Assembly (NCBI GenBank): GCA_003344405.1
Contig: NOWV01000023.1
Location: forward strand, 682,001-746,000
DNA: 64,000 bases
Reading direction: 5' to 3'
Source of the DNA: Trichoplax sp. H2
Lineage: Eukaryota
The notes beneath the pieces are model-generated. The model made no database searches and had not been told where the DNA came from. It saw nothing but the letters and a program-made list of their open reading frames with translations. Below, one piece after another: positions 39,701-53,237 of this stretch (the stretch's first letter is position 1; each line of letters starts with the position of its first letter). Made by a program: the position numbers and the translations under genes.

Positions 39701-42700
39701 TTCTATATTTCAGTAAGAAAATGCAACGTTTAAAATATATCCACAGACGTTGCTTCAAAAAATCGATCTTTGAATGACTTGTTTTTCAAGCATGCAAAAA
39801 TAAAAATGTCTTAACTGCCAAATTGTTTATAATAATTAATTTAAAAGGTTAAGGCGGTAAACTATTAATTTCATTCCTTTATACGCTTAATCAAGTAACG
39901 TTGTTTGCAGCCTATAAATAAAGACTGCAGACTTTATTGATACCCTTGTCGTTTACAGCAGCGGAAAATTTCGTTAAGTACATTGCGGCCATTATAACAA
40001 AGATTTTGAGACGAAATTTTATCCCTTCCTACCATATTACGAGTAACATAGTGTGATATCTGTCTAGAATCCCAATGATCGGAAGAGGGCTTAAGTTTAT
40101 TTATAGTTAATTTGACAGCTACTTTATAACATCAACGACTACAGTAAATTTAAACTCAATGATTACTAATTTTTTGGTAATCAAGATATAGCTCAATTAA
40201 TTTCCCATAATGTTTAAAAATGACGTCATTATTCGTTCAATCGTAAATTCGTTGACAATAGTATTATATACTACGCCATATTTGTTAGATTGTACGATGT
40301 AATTCTATATACAGTGTCAGTCAGTCATAGTACGGTTATGGTTGCTTTTGTGCGTTTGCGCTAATTCGATAATACCTAAAGTTAGTACGTTACAACTTGC
40401 TATTGTCACCGGTTACATAATACTTGTGATTAAATAATTATACTATTCTATACATGTAACATACACTTGTTAATTCTACGTGTTAATGGTGGATTGTACC
40501 GCGTACACTAGGGAATTCACTGTTATACAAACTTGTAATTATAATGCGTTGTAAGTGTGAACGGCGTACGTATATAAGCCGCCATTTTTTAATACAATAA
40601 AGAGAGAACAGAGTTAGTAGATAGTTTTACAATAACTTCAACTACGTGTTCAATTTCTTGTCTTTATGCTAAGTGCTCTAGAGTAGTACGAACTTTCAAT
40701 ACAGTTGTTAGTATTAACTCTAAATAGTAATACACAACAAATACCATGAAAAAAAACAAATTTTACATCAGATCGTAGCAAACTAGGTAATACGATGATT
40801 GCAGTACCGTACCGGTTATTTATGAGATTTTTTATAGCATAAACGACGCGCTGCTACCGATTAGCTGCATAAACGTAAATATCAACAATTATACAAGACG
40901 CAGTATTCTGTAAATTTTGCAGTAGCAATTGGCTGTTCAGTTAATACTGTACATATCTACTTTACAGTATATTCTTGGTTAAGAAGCAAAACAGTGTCTT
41001 GATCTAGTATCAACTAGCAATACCAATGCTATTATAATTGTAATAATAAGAAATACCCAATGGGATGTCAGTAAATAAAACTTTGAAAGCATTAGCTTTT
41101 TAACTGCTTTTAAGAATTATCTCGCTTAAAATTCAACAGTGAAGTCTCTAAGTAATTCATTTATAGGAATCGTTCGATTAATTCCTTTTATTCCACTAAT
41201 TACGAGAAATGAAGCAACCACGAATAAATCACTACCGGCAATGTAAGGAAATGGCTGTAGGCCAATTATTTCTTAAATAAAATGAATGAACTGTAGTAAC
41301 TGAAATATTCGTGGAAATTTTTAACAAGCGTTTATACAAATTCATAACGAATTGTTATTAAAATCATGTGCGACAGCCGTTAAAGCCATCCTTTTTTCAG
41401 AATAAATGCAGATAGATATAAATAAAGGCCTAATATCCGATTAGTTGTATTATTTTAACCGAAACAAAAGTTAATCTATTACTCTGCCATTATCAAACTA
41501 TAGTATCATAAATTTGCTAGCACTGATATGACAACATTTAACGGAAGAAGACCTACGAGATAACACTTAAAGGAAAAAATTAAAACTCGTCTCTAAAGTA
41601 TACTTGAAACTAGCAATCAGGCGGGAATTTAAGTTTTAACAGCTTAAGCAGCAATGATTACACAGCTCAAATTACGAGCGTACTTCGGTTTAGGGTATTT
41701 CAATATTTAGTGGTTGAAACTCCTCTATTAATTCATAACTGGGCCATGGTACTTCGCTTAATTATACTGTTATTATAGTAATTTTTACAACTTCAAATAA
41801 AATAAAAAAATAGAACTAAACAACAGATAGCAAGACGATCCGAAAAAGTTTATAAATTATGATAATTGATAAGTGAAACTAGGATGGATGTAGTCTTATC
41901 AGATGCTAGTATTTGGTGGGACAGATAATCTCCATTATCAATCCGCACGTAAATTGATTAATTTTTGCTACTAGTAGAACACCAGCATTTACTTTAGTAC
42001 TGTACTAGACTGCACAGAATTTTCTCCTAGTCGAATAACTTAGTTACCATCTTACCATTTTCTAAAATTTCTTCCTCTACCAAAGTTTGCCAAATTCCTA
42101 CAGCATGATCTCGATGATTTAACATAGAAGCAACCGACATCAACCAGTCGACCAGTTCGGAACCGACGCAACATTGTTTGTAGACAACGTGATGAAATAC
42201 TTTATCTTTCATCAGTTGAGGAAATTTCTTTTTAAGGTGTCCATACAATAATCTACCAGCATCTTTTACGCTCATTAGTGGTTGCTGAGTAAAATAGTGA
42301 GATTGATAAAGATCTTTATAATTTACGTATAAAATTGACATACACAAAAGTATATGCCAGACATTACACAGTCTACAGTTAACTCTACTTCAATTATATT
42401 AGTTTGCAAGATTTTTTGCTAGATAGAAAGAATTCGTCCAAAAAGCTACACCGTAGCAAATGAAAATGTATGCAGCTTACGTATGGTAGCGTTATAATAA
42501 AGCTTTTAGTAATTACCACGTAAAGATAACAATAGCAATACTGTATATCAAAATAGAAGGGACTTGCTAATAAAATTGACTAATTGACTTTATCAATCTA
42601 GTGATGTCACTCTTACATAAATCTAGCTCTAGTAAAAAACTGCAGTAGTTGCTTTCAATATTGAAAATTTTAAAGATAAATATACTGATATAAAATCATA

Positions 42701-45700
42701 TAATAAGACCAAAATTACTTGATAAAATTTTTATGAATATCACAGGAAGATATACAGTACCATTACTGAAATTATAGCAGTTATTAATTGCCCTGGTAAT
42801 CCGCAAAAGTGGACGTATTAATATAATTCTTTGAAGTAGATGCACCCTATGTCTATAGTATTTAGTTAACCGATCCAGGAAGTAATGTTGAAAGTTGCGA
42901 ACTTGCTATCAAGTAGCACGCAGCATTTTACACTGTATTATGTATCAACTTCTTCAATTAATATGATTTAAGAGTTAGAACTAAATTCAAAATTTATATT
43001 ATTTCGATGGTAGATTGTATAATCATTACAATCCATAAAAAGTGTTGACATGAAATGACCTACAGTAGTCATCAAACTTGTGGAATCGCCTTTATTCACC
43101 AACATTATATTTACGCTTAATCATGTTCTGGCATGCAATATTAATCAATAAAAAGGACTGGAGAAAGATAATTTATACGACGTACTTGATAACAATAATA
43201 TGATCCGCAAGATATCTTTTACTAGCTAATAAACTTACAACGCGTTGATTCGGTACTCTAATGGTGCTACGATCGGAGTTTCTTCTAATGAATGACTTTT
43301 CAGGATTCTTGCAATATTAAATAATCGTATTATTAGTCAGTAACTATCAAATGGTTAGATTTTTTTGCATATTAACACAGTGCCAACAAATCTATAACGC
43401 TACACAATAATAGTTATTCCATTAAACTCCAGTAAAACTTAGCAGATAAAGTACACCATACTGTTGCTTTAATACTAGATTGCAATGCCAAACTTGGGAT
43501 GTTATCTGGTAAACATATCAACAATGTGTGTAAGCAACGCCTTACTTCTTCCTTTCCGCGGGTACCAATCATGCTTTCTTTACCGATTAAAAAATTATAG
43601 AAAGAATATAGTGTAGTTACGCCATAGACATTTGCTACTTTTACTTAAAGATACATTTAGATTTAATGCCAATTATGACAAAATTTAAGATAATAGTAAA
43701 ATACTAAGGTTTGCAAGAAGTAGCTAAACATATTTTAATTGTAAATCCATTTACTAAATTTAAAACTTTGGGGTCAATTGATCATCTTTGAAATGATTGA
43801 AACTAGTTATTTAAAAGATACTAAAGATATAGAGTAATTTGATGTACGTTTTATACTGGCATAATTATGAGTTGTAAGAGACTACAGGACACTACTAATG
43901 CCTGTTTTTCTGATAAAACTAATTTACAAACCTTCGGGGGTAGGTTTTAGGATTTCGTTACGATAGTCCTAAAAGAATATGACAGTTTGTAAATAAATGA
44001 GATGGATAATAAAAATTATTACTGTATCCGTCGACATTAATTTAAACTTGAAAATACTGGTACGCCTAAAATACAATGTACTAATAGGAATGAAACTGCT
44101 GTCGTTGCGGTCTGATAGTCTGTTCGTACGATTCGTATCATTTCTTACATCAAACAACATTTTAAGATCAGTTTTGTCCACAAGTAGAAATTGACAATTT
44201 TCCTTCGTGATAACGGTAGCGCTCCTGTAATCGTATCGAGTCATATTCATCAGTCCTTATCGCTAACGATAGAGAATTTTAACTAAGAGGTCACCAAGAT
44301 AATCAAGTACAAATTTGTTATGGCTATAACGACTTATGGGCAATGCTACATGTAAGACTAATGGCAATATTGTATTGAAATCATAGTATTTATTAGGAAA
44401 ATAGAGATGATAATCTTTCCAGACGAAAGTAAGGTTTAATTACAGCAACACAAATAAAGTTTTTTTTTCATGAAAAAAACGTATAATGACCTTGGATTAT
44501 CGTTGCGAACACCAGCACCAAAATCCGATCCTTCTTCAAGGATATCAACGACTTTTTCACCCTAAATGGTCCATTAAATGAATTCGGAGAGATTTAGTTC
44601 CAATTTTGTTAATTTACAAAAGTGAGTAGTTGCAAACAAGATTCTGTTTACGTGTATAGTTTATTATTCGCAGGAAACGACAGATATTTTTTAGTCAAGT
44701 TTATTTTATCCTACCATTTCCAAAGAGCTACTGTAATATTATTAGACAATATATAATGTAATAAAAAGTTGATTCTAGCAACATAGATTACAATATAGGT
44801 AGCAATTTTTTTATCCTGAAATCGGATAAAGTAATCACCTTTGAGTCTGAACTTATCACATACACCGATCCGGAGAGGATAACATACCATTTAGTGCCGC
44901 ATTCACCAGCACGAAATACTTTTAGAATTGGTAGAAAAAAAAGTTTCACTCTTTAACAACAGCAGTTGTAATACCGAGATAAAGAATGAAGACAATAACT
45001 TTGTGCTATAGATTTAGAGTCTGTTTGTATACGTAGACATTCACAGTAAATGATTGCAACAGCATTAATGGTAATTGTTTGTCAGATGAAAATAATTGTT
45101 ACTTTGTAATCTTTTATCCAAGTATGTAAGCTCTAACATCTATTTTAATTTTTTCTAACTTATAAACATAATAAGCAAGGCTACTACACTTATACAAAAC
45201 CGAATAATTTTATTTCGTAATAGTGAAAATTAGCAAGTTTTCATAAATTTTTTTTGCAATGATATGTTGGGTAGCAAAATTGTAGTATTACCGACTAAAA
45301 ATTGAAGTTATGATAATTTCCTGTTTGTGAATGATATTCGTAGAAGGCGTTGCGCTTAATGCTTAACTATCAAACTGATTTGGCTATCTTCTTGCATATG
45401 GATAGCTAAATTATTTAGGTTATGTATAAGAAACTTCAATACAAAGATAAGCGATTGTTATTATTAGTATTTAACGCCCTTTCTTATTGCCTTACATTTT
45501 ACGCCACGTTTTAAGCTCTCGTGAGTAGCATACTGACAAATTCGCCGTAACAATTCCTCAGGGCAGTCCTTTAATGCAGTCAATTCCTATTTGTATTTTG
45601 AATTCAATTATCAATAACAATGGTTGACCGCAATCGCTGTCGTCGTTAGGAAATATATCCACGTATTGAAAACAGAACAGGTACACTACAATAGCTTAGT

Positions 45701-48099
45701 AATAATAAATGATTGCTATATGATAGTCTACGTTAAACATTAAAAGGCAATGGAAATAAAGGTCTCTTTCTGGCCAATAATCTACTTTAATACTGGTAAT
45801 GAATAACTGCATTAGAAAACATTCAAAAATAATAATTAAGATATTTTCTGATACTTTACAACACTAAGCATAGAAAAACAACTTTTTCTAGATTTCATTT
45901 CTATAATATTATTGATAAAATTATTCAACTGATGATATAAAAGGCTATTTACACAATTGGCGTCTGTTTGCTCACCTTCAACGAGCACAACAGTATTTCA
46001 AGATCAAGACTACTACGCTCCGCAGTTCTGTAAGGACAATAAGAATGATTACTTTTACTTAATGATATAGCATCATATTTGCATCGTCTCATTGATTTTT
46101 CAAAATTCAAGGCATGATCTCATAAATAATAAGTTTCGAGTTGCCAAGGTAACCTAGTCGATGGGTGTGAATTAAAATAGTGTTTGCCGTCAGTGATTAC
46201 CTGATTGGTAATTGACATAAGTGTGTAAAACTTGATCAAATAAAAATTATGCCCAGTAAATGTACATAATGCAAGGATTGAAAATATACGATTAGATTGT
46301 TCTTGAAACTTGATATTACATGAGTACTGTATTATCAATTAGCAACGTTAATCTAACCTGCTATACTACTATAAGTTGAGTTTAGAGGATAGCAGAATAA
46401 TATCTACGAAAACATAATAATTCTCTTATAATTAATTATACAGCATTCCACCACGGAAATGCTATGAAGGAAGTAATCATTGTTAATGACGAAAGTAGCT
46501 TTCATAAAAAATAAACTGGCTAATTTTCTCTTCACTGAGAAAGTAATTTTGGATCTTGATTGTAGAGATCCTAAGAAAGGTAAAGGTAAAAAAACAACTT
46601 GTTCTATATAAGTTATGTCAATCCCCGAAATTGGACAATTATAGGATTGTCCTATTTTCCGGGATTTGACCACAACTCGTGTTCGTGTTCGCATTAGTTA
46701 ATCCTAGGATTGTTCAATTTCGTCAATTGCAATGATAGCAAAACAGGATTCAAGATCGCTAATAAGTAAAGCAATATGGCAGTAGCGACAAGCGTACAAC
46801 TTCGCTTGAGCAAACCGGAATATCAGGCAGTTATGAAGCACTGCTATAAGTTATTTCAAATTAATAAATTAATAGCCACTAAACCGAGATTGATTCCTAC
46901 TCTTGCAATACTGTATGCGGACGAGTAGGATTAACTTGATTTGTCAGCAATAATTCGACGCCAACATGCTATCTTATTTTTTAAGTTTATTTAGCAGCGT
47001 AATTGAAACTTTCATATAATGCTAATTTTTTACGCTTCGTTGATAATTTATAATTCATTAAAAGCGCTAACAAAAATAACAACAACAAGCCCACCAAACT
47101 AGTGGTTACAAGCCACGATGAATTAAAATAATGGCCAAATATTATCTCATTGAGAATTTCATGGCTAGCTTTAGATTAAAAGGATGATGCATTATAATGC
47201 AATCATTAAATGTTAAGTAGTCCTAGCTGTTGGTTCATTCGGCCCATTTTTTATGACTATGGTCTATCACTTAAAATGACTTTGATAACAGTAGTCCTTG
47301 TGTATAGTATTATTATTATTAAGGAAGCGTGGGAGATATGGAGAAGGGGGAGTAGGGTAAAATTTGTTATTGAGTAGTCCATGATAATAGTACTGTGCAT
47401 TAGTTTGTAAAATAGATTCCAAAAAAAGGAGTATGAAACCTGTACTTTGGTCCAGGTGGCAGAGCAATTGCTGTCTTTTTGAACGGTATTCAAGTCTGAT
47501 CGATAGATTTTTACCAGCGACATGTACTCGTACATGCAGTACATACTCCAGTCCATAATAAAAATATTTAAAATATTTATAGACTTCAAGATTGAACTCT
47601 ACTGCATTTTCAACGATACTCAATGATGATGTGATTAGAGTATCTTCTAATCATTTCCAGTAATGGTAACAAGTATGAATAGCAATTATTCATTGATACG
47701 CTTATACTAGTGCTCGACTTGGCTCATTAATGAACTGAAGGTTTAATTAACAAGTGCTAGCTCGAACTTGGCTGCTGTAGTGAGCGTGTCCAGTAAGTTA
47801 GTTAGTCCATTTTACTGCTTGGGTTTATCAACTCGTCTTTGATGTGCTGTAGTGAGTGTGTCCAGTAAGTTGGTTAGTCCATTTTACTGCTTGGGTTTAT
47901 CAACTCGTTATTGATGTGAGGGGTAGAGTACGATAGAATGATTGAATCTCGCGTGCCATCATTGTAAGAGAAAGGAAAGCGACTAATTTTTATAATAATT
48001 TTAATATACTGTATATAGTAGTCACCAATTTATACAGATTGGTCATATTGTCTTTGCAATTTACCTTTTCTTTAAGCAGTCAATCCACTCCACCATCAT
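30776..48099 (-). CDS. RAPGEF4: cAMP-regulated Rap guanine-nucleotide exchange factor, Epac2 type (CNB-A, DEP, CNB-B, REM, RA, CDC25)
   Basis: First coding exon 48099-48065 [11 protein letters not shown](R) splices in phase to [12 protein letters not shown] (cf. Epac2 EWIACLDKRPLERS). [66 protein letters not shown] switch; CDC25 [12 protein letters not shown]...PFIPY; ends [21 protein letters not shown]. Confidence 0.95.
47773..47918. repeat. 72-bp direct tandem duplication in the first coding intron of RAPGEF4
   Basis: tgctgtagtgag(c/t)gtgtccagtaagtt(a/g)gttagtccattttactgcttgggtttatcaactcgt starts at 47773 and at 47845. Confidence 0.9.
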
Positions 48100-48759
48100 G
48101 TTGATTGTATCGGAAGCGAATCTGTAGCCAGCGGTCAGAACCGTACTCGATTTCTATTATTAATTGTTATTTTCTCTGCAATGTGGCCTACTCTTTCCTC
48201 CACCGAATATTAACAATCTTCTGGCACACTATACAACTTTAGCAAGACAATTTCAAATTCACACTGATACAGCAATCAACAAAAATGGTCGACTTCAATG
48301 CCATTCTAATAGTGCGGCTGATTGATGTTGTTGAACTTGAAATATTTGAATATGTAGAGGATAAAATGTGCCTTTACTTACATCGAACGCGCCTACGGTA
48401 CAACGTGTTGTTCGTGTCGCCGTGTAACACCTGTCGCCATTGGCTAACCTACGTGCAACACCATAGACACGACACTGCTGACTGGACACGTCATTACTGT
48501 CGACATACAGTACCGACAGTCATTCAGTAGTGTAGTGTTAATTAATTAAATGACAAATACGTGATAAGTCATGTGATAACGGTTGTTTTCTATCCAATAC
48601 AATCGTATTTGTTGACTGGTTTAGAACTGGCTGCCTGTACGTACTGGTACTATTATGGTTATCATTTCGGAGCGGTCATTTGTCACAGTGTTTCATACTG
48701 AATCAAGATTAACAAGTTACTTTCATACGGAATGTGGCTCAAAGCTTTTGGGTAATGTA

Positions 48760-49315
48760 CATTGTACAGTACTGTAGAGAGAATCGTTCAGCAGATCTGA
48801 CTGGATTGACTCTCACTGTCCTAAACAAATTTTTATTTTTAAAGAGTATCCATTTTACAGTGACTTTACAGTCTGTACTGTACAGTCTGTACTGTACATT
48901 CTGTACTGTACATTCTGTACTGTACTGTACTCACTGCTATTCATTCAAGTGCACAGAACACTCAAAAAGACCATGATGTAGGACAGTATTACTGTACAGT
49001 AGACTACCAGGAGTCCAGGACTACAGTACTGTACTGTAATGTACAGTACAGTACAGTATAGTACAGTACTGTACTGTGCAGTGTAATGAGCCACTACAGT
49101 ACAGTATACTGTAGCTGTACAGTACTGTACTATACTGTACACTGTAAAGTGTACTTCATTACTTGAGGCTGAAACCCTGACATGAAACTCGTCTGATCCA
49201 AGAGTGTCGCATATGAAACTTCTTGTTACCGTTTACAGTACAGTACAGCATAATTTCTAGCTGGCCTGGCCCTGGGATACAGCGGTACTGTAGTGTACAC
49301 TCACTGTACAGTATG
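48760..49315. repeat. ACAGT/ACTGT pentamer arrays in the divergent RAPGEF4/COX18 intergenic region
   Basis: Dense gtactgtac/gtacagtac runs at 48868-48935, 49021-49150 and 49234-49312. Confidence 0.9.
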
Positions 49316-49514
49316 ACATGAAATGCCACTTTAGATTCGGAAGATTGTACAGACGTCCACAGCTCAGGTTGCTGCTTCTCTCGTCAGCATAGCCAGATTA
49401 TTGCTAGGCTGACCGATCGAAACTGCATTGGCTTAGAGCGTTAGTATGTGCTCATTGTTGACCTCCCTGTTGTTGGCCGCTGCTGAACCCAACCAAAGAA
49501 ACCTTTAGTGAATC

Positions 49515-51125
49515 ATGCTACACCGCCTGGGAGTTGTTCGACATCGTGTAATGCTACACACTGTCGTACGTTCCCCAGCAACAAGGCAGCTGGACAAGCC
49601 GTCAGTAGCGTTGCTGCACAGTTCTACCTTTTTAGCATCCGGTAAGCTTACTGCTGTGCTTCCATTAAAGTGTTCAACTCTGCAATTTGTTATTTTGCAA
49701 GTGATTGCATGACCTCAATGTGATTCTTTCTTTCATGGGTGATCGGATTTTTCTAATTTATATTATGCTTATGAGAATGAATTATACTTACTGTACTTGT
49801 ACAGTATATCCTGTCTTTGTACGAATTATTCACATTCTTACTCTTCAGACAGTACTACATTATACAGCGCTTACCTACCGGTTTCTTGTGCGGAAAATTT
49901 ACTTGAAAGTATTCACAATGGACTGTCACTACCTTGGTGGATGACTATAGCTGTGACGACGATTACATTAAGAACATGTATCACTTTACCATTAACAATT
50001 TATCAGCAAAAAAAGTCCGCAAAATTGGTGTTGCTACAGCCTGTAGTCAAGGAGATAAGCGAAGCGGTCAAGTACAATGTAGCTACTAAGTGCCGTCGCG
50101 AAGATCTACCCGTAGAAGTTGCTGAAGAAAGATATAAGACCTTAGTAAGCGATTGATACTTTCATTTTTAGCAGTTAATGCGTACTCGTATAATAAGTAG
50201 GAAACATTCTGTAATCATTCCATCGTAGACTAATATACTCGTACAGTAGAACGATAACATACGTATTAGGTATTAGATTGCTTTGCTTGCTTATTGCATA
50301 GTTCAGTGGAATGGTACGAGATTTATACAAAAAAGAAGGATGCCAGCCATTTAAATTATTTCTGCTACCATGGACTCAGATGCCTTTATGGATCTCCATT
50401 TCATTAGGCCTGCGTGATTTATCCATTTATAAACAAGGTTGGATTAATAGAAGTCCTACATGAATGTTGCTTATGATACTGTAACAATACTGCTATACAG
50501 AAATTATAATTTCAAATTGTTGGCAGCTCCAATTTCGCGGATAACTAACATTTTTATTGGGCAGATCCCGCTATGGCAACTGAAGGCCTTGCTTGGTTTT
50601 CAAATCTCCTACTACCCGATCCTGCTTGGATCTTACCAATATGTTTTGGTCTGTGTAATCTTTTAAATATCGAGATAAATGCCGCAGGTCGACAAGCGCC
50701 TGGCAGGATTCAAGCAATTATGAAAAAAATTTTCGTCACATTATCTATTGTCATGGTACCGGTTGCTACACAAATACCTTCGGTACGTTTGCTATCGTAA
50801 TACATGATGCTTCTATACTTGCATTAATTATCTACCTTTCAAAAATGCATACTAGTTACGACTATCTATCTACCATGTCATGAGTTAATTCGATATGTAT
50901 AATTTATCTTTTATTCTCTTGTAGTGTATGTCGTTTTATTGGACTTTATCCAGTTTTTATAGCTTAGTGCAAAATAGTATTTTGATGTTACCAAGAGTTA
51001 AAAGAATTGCACGTATACCACAAACTCCGAAGGAAAGCAAGCATCCATTCAGAGACTTATACGCAATATTTAGTATCAGAATGAAAAAATTTATCCAGTT
51101 GCAAAAGCAAGCGAATAGAAAGTAA
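49515..51125 (+). CDS. COX18: Mitochondrial inner-membrane insertase COX18 (Oxa1/YidC family), 5 exons
   Basis: Exons 49515-49641 (Arg-rich presequence-like), 49849-50144 (IHNGLSLPWWMTIAVTTITLRTCITLPL), 50302-50437 (GCQPFKLFLLPWTQMPLWISISLGLR), 50565-50782 (EGLAWFSNLLLPDPAWILP) and 50925-51125 (FYWTLSSFYSLVQN...RIPQTPKESKHPF). No long Oxa1-type ribosome-binding tail. Confidence 0.9.
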
Positions 51126-52579
51126 CGGTCATTAAATTTCTATTGCAACTATTATTGTTATAGTAAGTTAACTTATAATTGCATTTATACATAAATAATA
51201 TTATCATTACGCAGTACAGATATTACAGAAAATATTTCATTGTCTTAAACTGGAAAGGTACAGTTACAGCCTATAAAATTCAAATTTGTTACATTTTATA
51301 TATATAACATATATACGAGTATGATCACTATGTGTACAGGATATATACTATGATTTTTTTTGTCTGTATATGTCGCTAAGCTCTGTGTAATGTCACGGTT
51401 TCTTTTTGTGGGTACAGTAATACAGCACATGTACACTTGTACAGTAGCATTAAAATTCAATTCTGGGCTATCTGAGAGTGAAAAGCTGATATTCTAAAGA
51501 TGTCTTGCTGCATTAGCATGTCTTACTATTCAAAACTTCTATTTGAAAATTATTGAAAGGCAATATTGTGATATAGTGTGGTATAACTGCGCCAACGCTT
51601 TTTTAATACAGACAGCTAAACCTGGGTTAGTTGTTCTTCTATTTTTATTTACGAATGCAAAATTTTACGATTTCATTTTCTATTAACAATAAAGCTTTGA
51701 AGATTCTAAACTCTATTGAAGTTAGTAAATAAACTGTACTCTATCATACAGTTATTCCTAACGTGTTTTCAATGCATTCTTTGCATATTAATGTGTAAGG
51801 TACTGTTCATAGTTCAGTAAACTGTTGACAAGTACGGTGATTAATGATGAAGTCTTCTCTGATAGGATGAATTCACGTCACAAAGTGACATGTTGCTGAT
51901 TTTAGTGCTCGGTACAGTATTTTTAGCGCAGTATTTATTATAATGTGAATGAAAATCGTTCCTATTTTTACAGTACTGTATGGAATAGGTTCAGAGTCAG
52001 TTGTGGGTTGTGATACAATCACCGCAACATTCATATTTTGAGTCACATATTGAACAAAATATCAAGAGTAGTCGTAATCTACCGAAATTTTTGTAACATT
52101 ACGATACAAAATAGCAAGTGTCCGATGATTTATGTGAATAACTCATCCATCACACCATCTTAATGCCTCAAGATATGATTTTGTTCTTTTGCAGACCTGT
52201 TGCACCGAGTGCGAACTTTGTAATACAAATTAAAAGGAAATCAATTAAGTGGCTCACACCGTTCAGCTTTTATAGCTAGAAATTGTAACAGCAAGACTTT
52301 CATTGCTCCGATTGCAGTTGTAGATATCTAATCCTTATCACTATATACTGTAGGCAATAAAAGGAACTGTATCATGCATTTACTCCTGCAGAGGCTTTAA
52401 AGATAGCTCTCTTTCCTTGTATACAATCTGCTAGAAATAAATACTTATTAACAGTAAATTAATATTTTCTAAAAGTAATCTGCATAAAGATAGGATATCT
52501 CTACCTGTATCGGCCTTGCTGCAGACTACAGAGTTTGGACAGTAACGAGAATAACTTCATTTATAGCGCGTATGCGTAG

Positions 52580-53075
52580 CCTACACTGTACAGTACAGTA
52601 CTGTTTATGCTGCGTTGTAAATTAGCGTGTAGACTACTGTGCAATGTACTGTACTGTACTGTACTATACTGTACTGTAGTCTGTAGTGCAGTATTTTCCA
52701 GTGCTGAACAGGGGCGTGGCGAGTCTTTTACAATGGTTGAGCTCTTAGTGTTGCCTTAAATTATGTCTTTAAATTTTGATGAAATGGACTTTAGAATTGG
52801 CTCAAATTGCATGCATACAGCTCAATACAATCTTGAGCAATTGGCTCTTGATATTTTAATTACTTTTTATTGTAGTATTGAATAATTCTATTTCTTTTAA
52901 GTTTATAATACTAACTATCAGTCGCTGATACATGTACCGTCGCTTCAACCATTTTACAAGTCACGTCGTAATATCGGTCTTACTGCACAATGTGCAGTAC
53001 TGTATACTGTACAGTACAGTACGCAACTGTACTGTACATTAGTGTACAGTACAATGTACTGTACATACTGTAGCG
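52580..53075. repeat. ACAGT/ACTGT pentamer arrays upstream of the PLA2G12 gene
   Basis: Runs at 52582-52605, 52645-52690 and 52995-53072. Confidence 0.85.
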
Positions 53076-53237
53076 CTATAGTGGTTTCATCAGCATCCGC
53101 CATTCAGCAATTTGCACTTCTGGTGAGTTTGCGGTTAGTTCGCCTCATCGCGATTATTCTTAAAACATAGACTGTAGTTTTATTTACCTGCACAATATAT
53201 TTTTTCCCCATGCCGCCACATTATGGTTCTATATTCA

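Noticed and set aside
47257..47623. 110 and 118 aa minus-strand ORFs inside the RAPGEF4 intron as a nested gene or transposase
   Set aside because: No recognisable motifs (no DDE, RT or integrase signature) and no evidence of exon structure.
48285..48530. ORFs upstream of the RAPGEF4 start
   Set aside because: More simply explained as 5' UTR exon(s) of RAPGEF4 (minus-strand GTAAGT donor near 48381); no homology recognised.
48734..49142. Tyr/Cys/Thr/Val-rich ORFs
   Set aside because: Artefacts of translating the ACAGT pentamer repeat.
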